64,000 nucleotides of DNA from Azolla caroliniana (taxonomy: Eukaryota; Plantae; Polypodiophyta): contig JBHGNT010000055.1 in assembly GCA_043228905.1 (NCBI GenBank), positions 109,371 through 173,370 on the forward strand, written 5' to 3'. Position 1 is the first letter of the stretch, and the number at the start of each line of letters is the position of its first letter. Positions 62,893-64,000 of the stretch are shown one piece after another. The notes beneath the pieces were generated by a model. The model did not search any database, was not told where the DNA came from, and saw only the letters and a list, made by a program, of their open reading frames with translations. The position numbers were made by a program, and so were the translations under genes.

Positions 62893-64000
62893 ACGTACGT
62901 TGCCTTCGATCGGATGGAAGCAAAGAATACCTTTTGGATGAGTTTACGGTGTATCTCCGAAAGGAAGGAATCCGATGAGAATTCTCATGCTGTCACACAC
63001 CTCAGCAGAATGGCGTAACTGAGCGTAAAAATCAACACATACTAGAAGTCGCTCGAGCTATGATGAATGAGAAGAACCTGTCGAAATCGTACTGGGCAAA
63101 AGCGGCGAACACGGTTGTATACGTCATGGTTAGGTGCACAACCTCGGGAGTACACGACGTAACTCCTCATGAGAGGTTCTTTCAAAAGAAGCCGGACTTA
63201 TCACATGTCCGCATTTTTGGCGCAATCGCTTACGTGCATATTCCCGACGATACGCGACAAAAGCTCAAGCCGAAGTTAGAAAAATTTATCCTCGTATGAT
63301 ACTCACTTGAACAGAAGGGGTACAAATGCTACAAACCATCTACCCAAAAAGCTCCCATAAGTCGAGATGTCGTTTTCGACGAGTCCACATCCTGGTACGC
63401 ACCAAAAACAACTTCGACTCTGACTTCGCTCAACCTGGAATCCACTGAAATGGAGATAGAAGACAAAGATCGGCTCAGGCGCATGTACGAAGAAAGCCCA
63501 ATTATGACACGGCTTAGTGGACCACGGGAGCCCCCAAGTGACCAAAGCACATTTCGATTGAGTCCGAAACTCGACAGAGAGAAGGCCAAGATGTCTAAAT
63601 ATGAAGATCTAATCGACAACGCGTCGACTCACTCCCTCGACAGTGAGTTCGAAGGCATGGACATCCCAATCATCTGAACAGATGGAGCGAAGAAATCCTT
63701 AGCATCCAAGAAGCTCCGTCGATCCACCTGTGCAAAGAACCATGTAAGCCGATTCAGCTACAACAATTATATTGTGTACCATTACGCCTTCATGATGAAG
63801 GTAGCGTCAGTACGGGAGCCGGAGACGTTTTCCGAAGCCGTAAAGGATCCGCGATGGGTCAATACGATGAATGAGGAAATGGAAGCATTATGCAAAAACA
63901 AGACCTGGGATCTCGTTCCTCACCCTTCGAACAAGAAAGCAATTATTTGCAAATGGATTTACAAGGTGAAGCACAATCCTGATGGATCTATAAATTGCTT

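Larger units (their letters stand above)
58859..64000 (+). mobile_element. Decayed Ty1/copia element (5' LTR 58859-59477, PBS, gag-PR-INT-RT start) that runs off the window and is interrupted by two solo LTRs
   Basis: LTR TGTTGAGAATCAAGCTCAAC...CCTTACA, PBS TGGTATCAGAGC at 59478. Coding fragments: MGSALPTEKLDRTNFASW, CGYCGKHDHYEEEC, WFVDTGASNHM, HLDVWGP, KNKTWDLV. Many stops. Confidence 0.93.

Overview
Land-plant nuclear DNA. A seed-free plant is my guess from the retrotransposon types; this is inference, not something the sequence proves. The first ~21 kb looks like a satellite or centromere edge. It has two arrays of one 178-bp tandem repeat: 1-~5265 (homogeneous, nested 4-mer and 13-mer higher-order repeats) and ~14166-20745 (more diverged, several subtypes). 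Between them is ~9 kb of truncated LTR-retrotransposon pieces, and after them an intact, very young Ty1/copia element (20856-26381). The rest is gene-containing sequence: an At4g14100-like secreted-protein gene, a decayed full-length copia, plastid FtsZ1 (6 exons), tRNA-Gly(GCC), a GT-2-type double-trihelix transcription factor, two LINE relics, and a decayed copia carrying two solo LTRs. The most unusual points are: (i) a Ty3/gypsy-like family with a tRNA-Trp primer site, 4-bp TSDs and a repeated RCGT target; (ii) its gag-only copy runs into the satellite through a monomer-like segment, so the satellite may be element-derived; (iii) a gypsy integrase GPY/F tail continues in frame into an aspartic protease domain.
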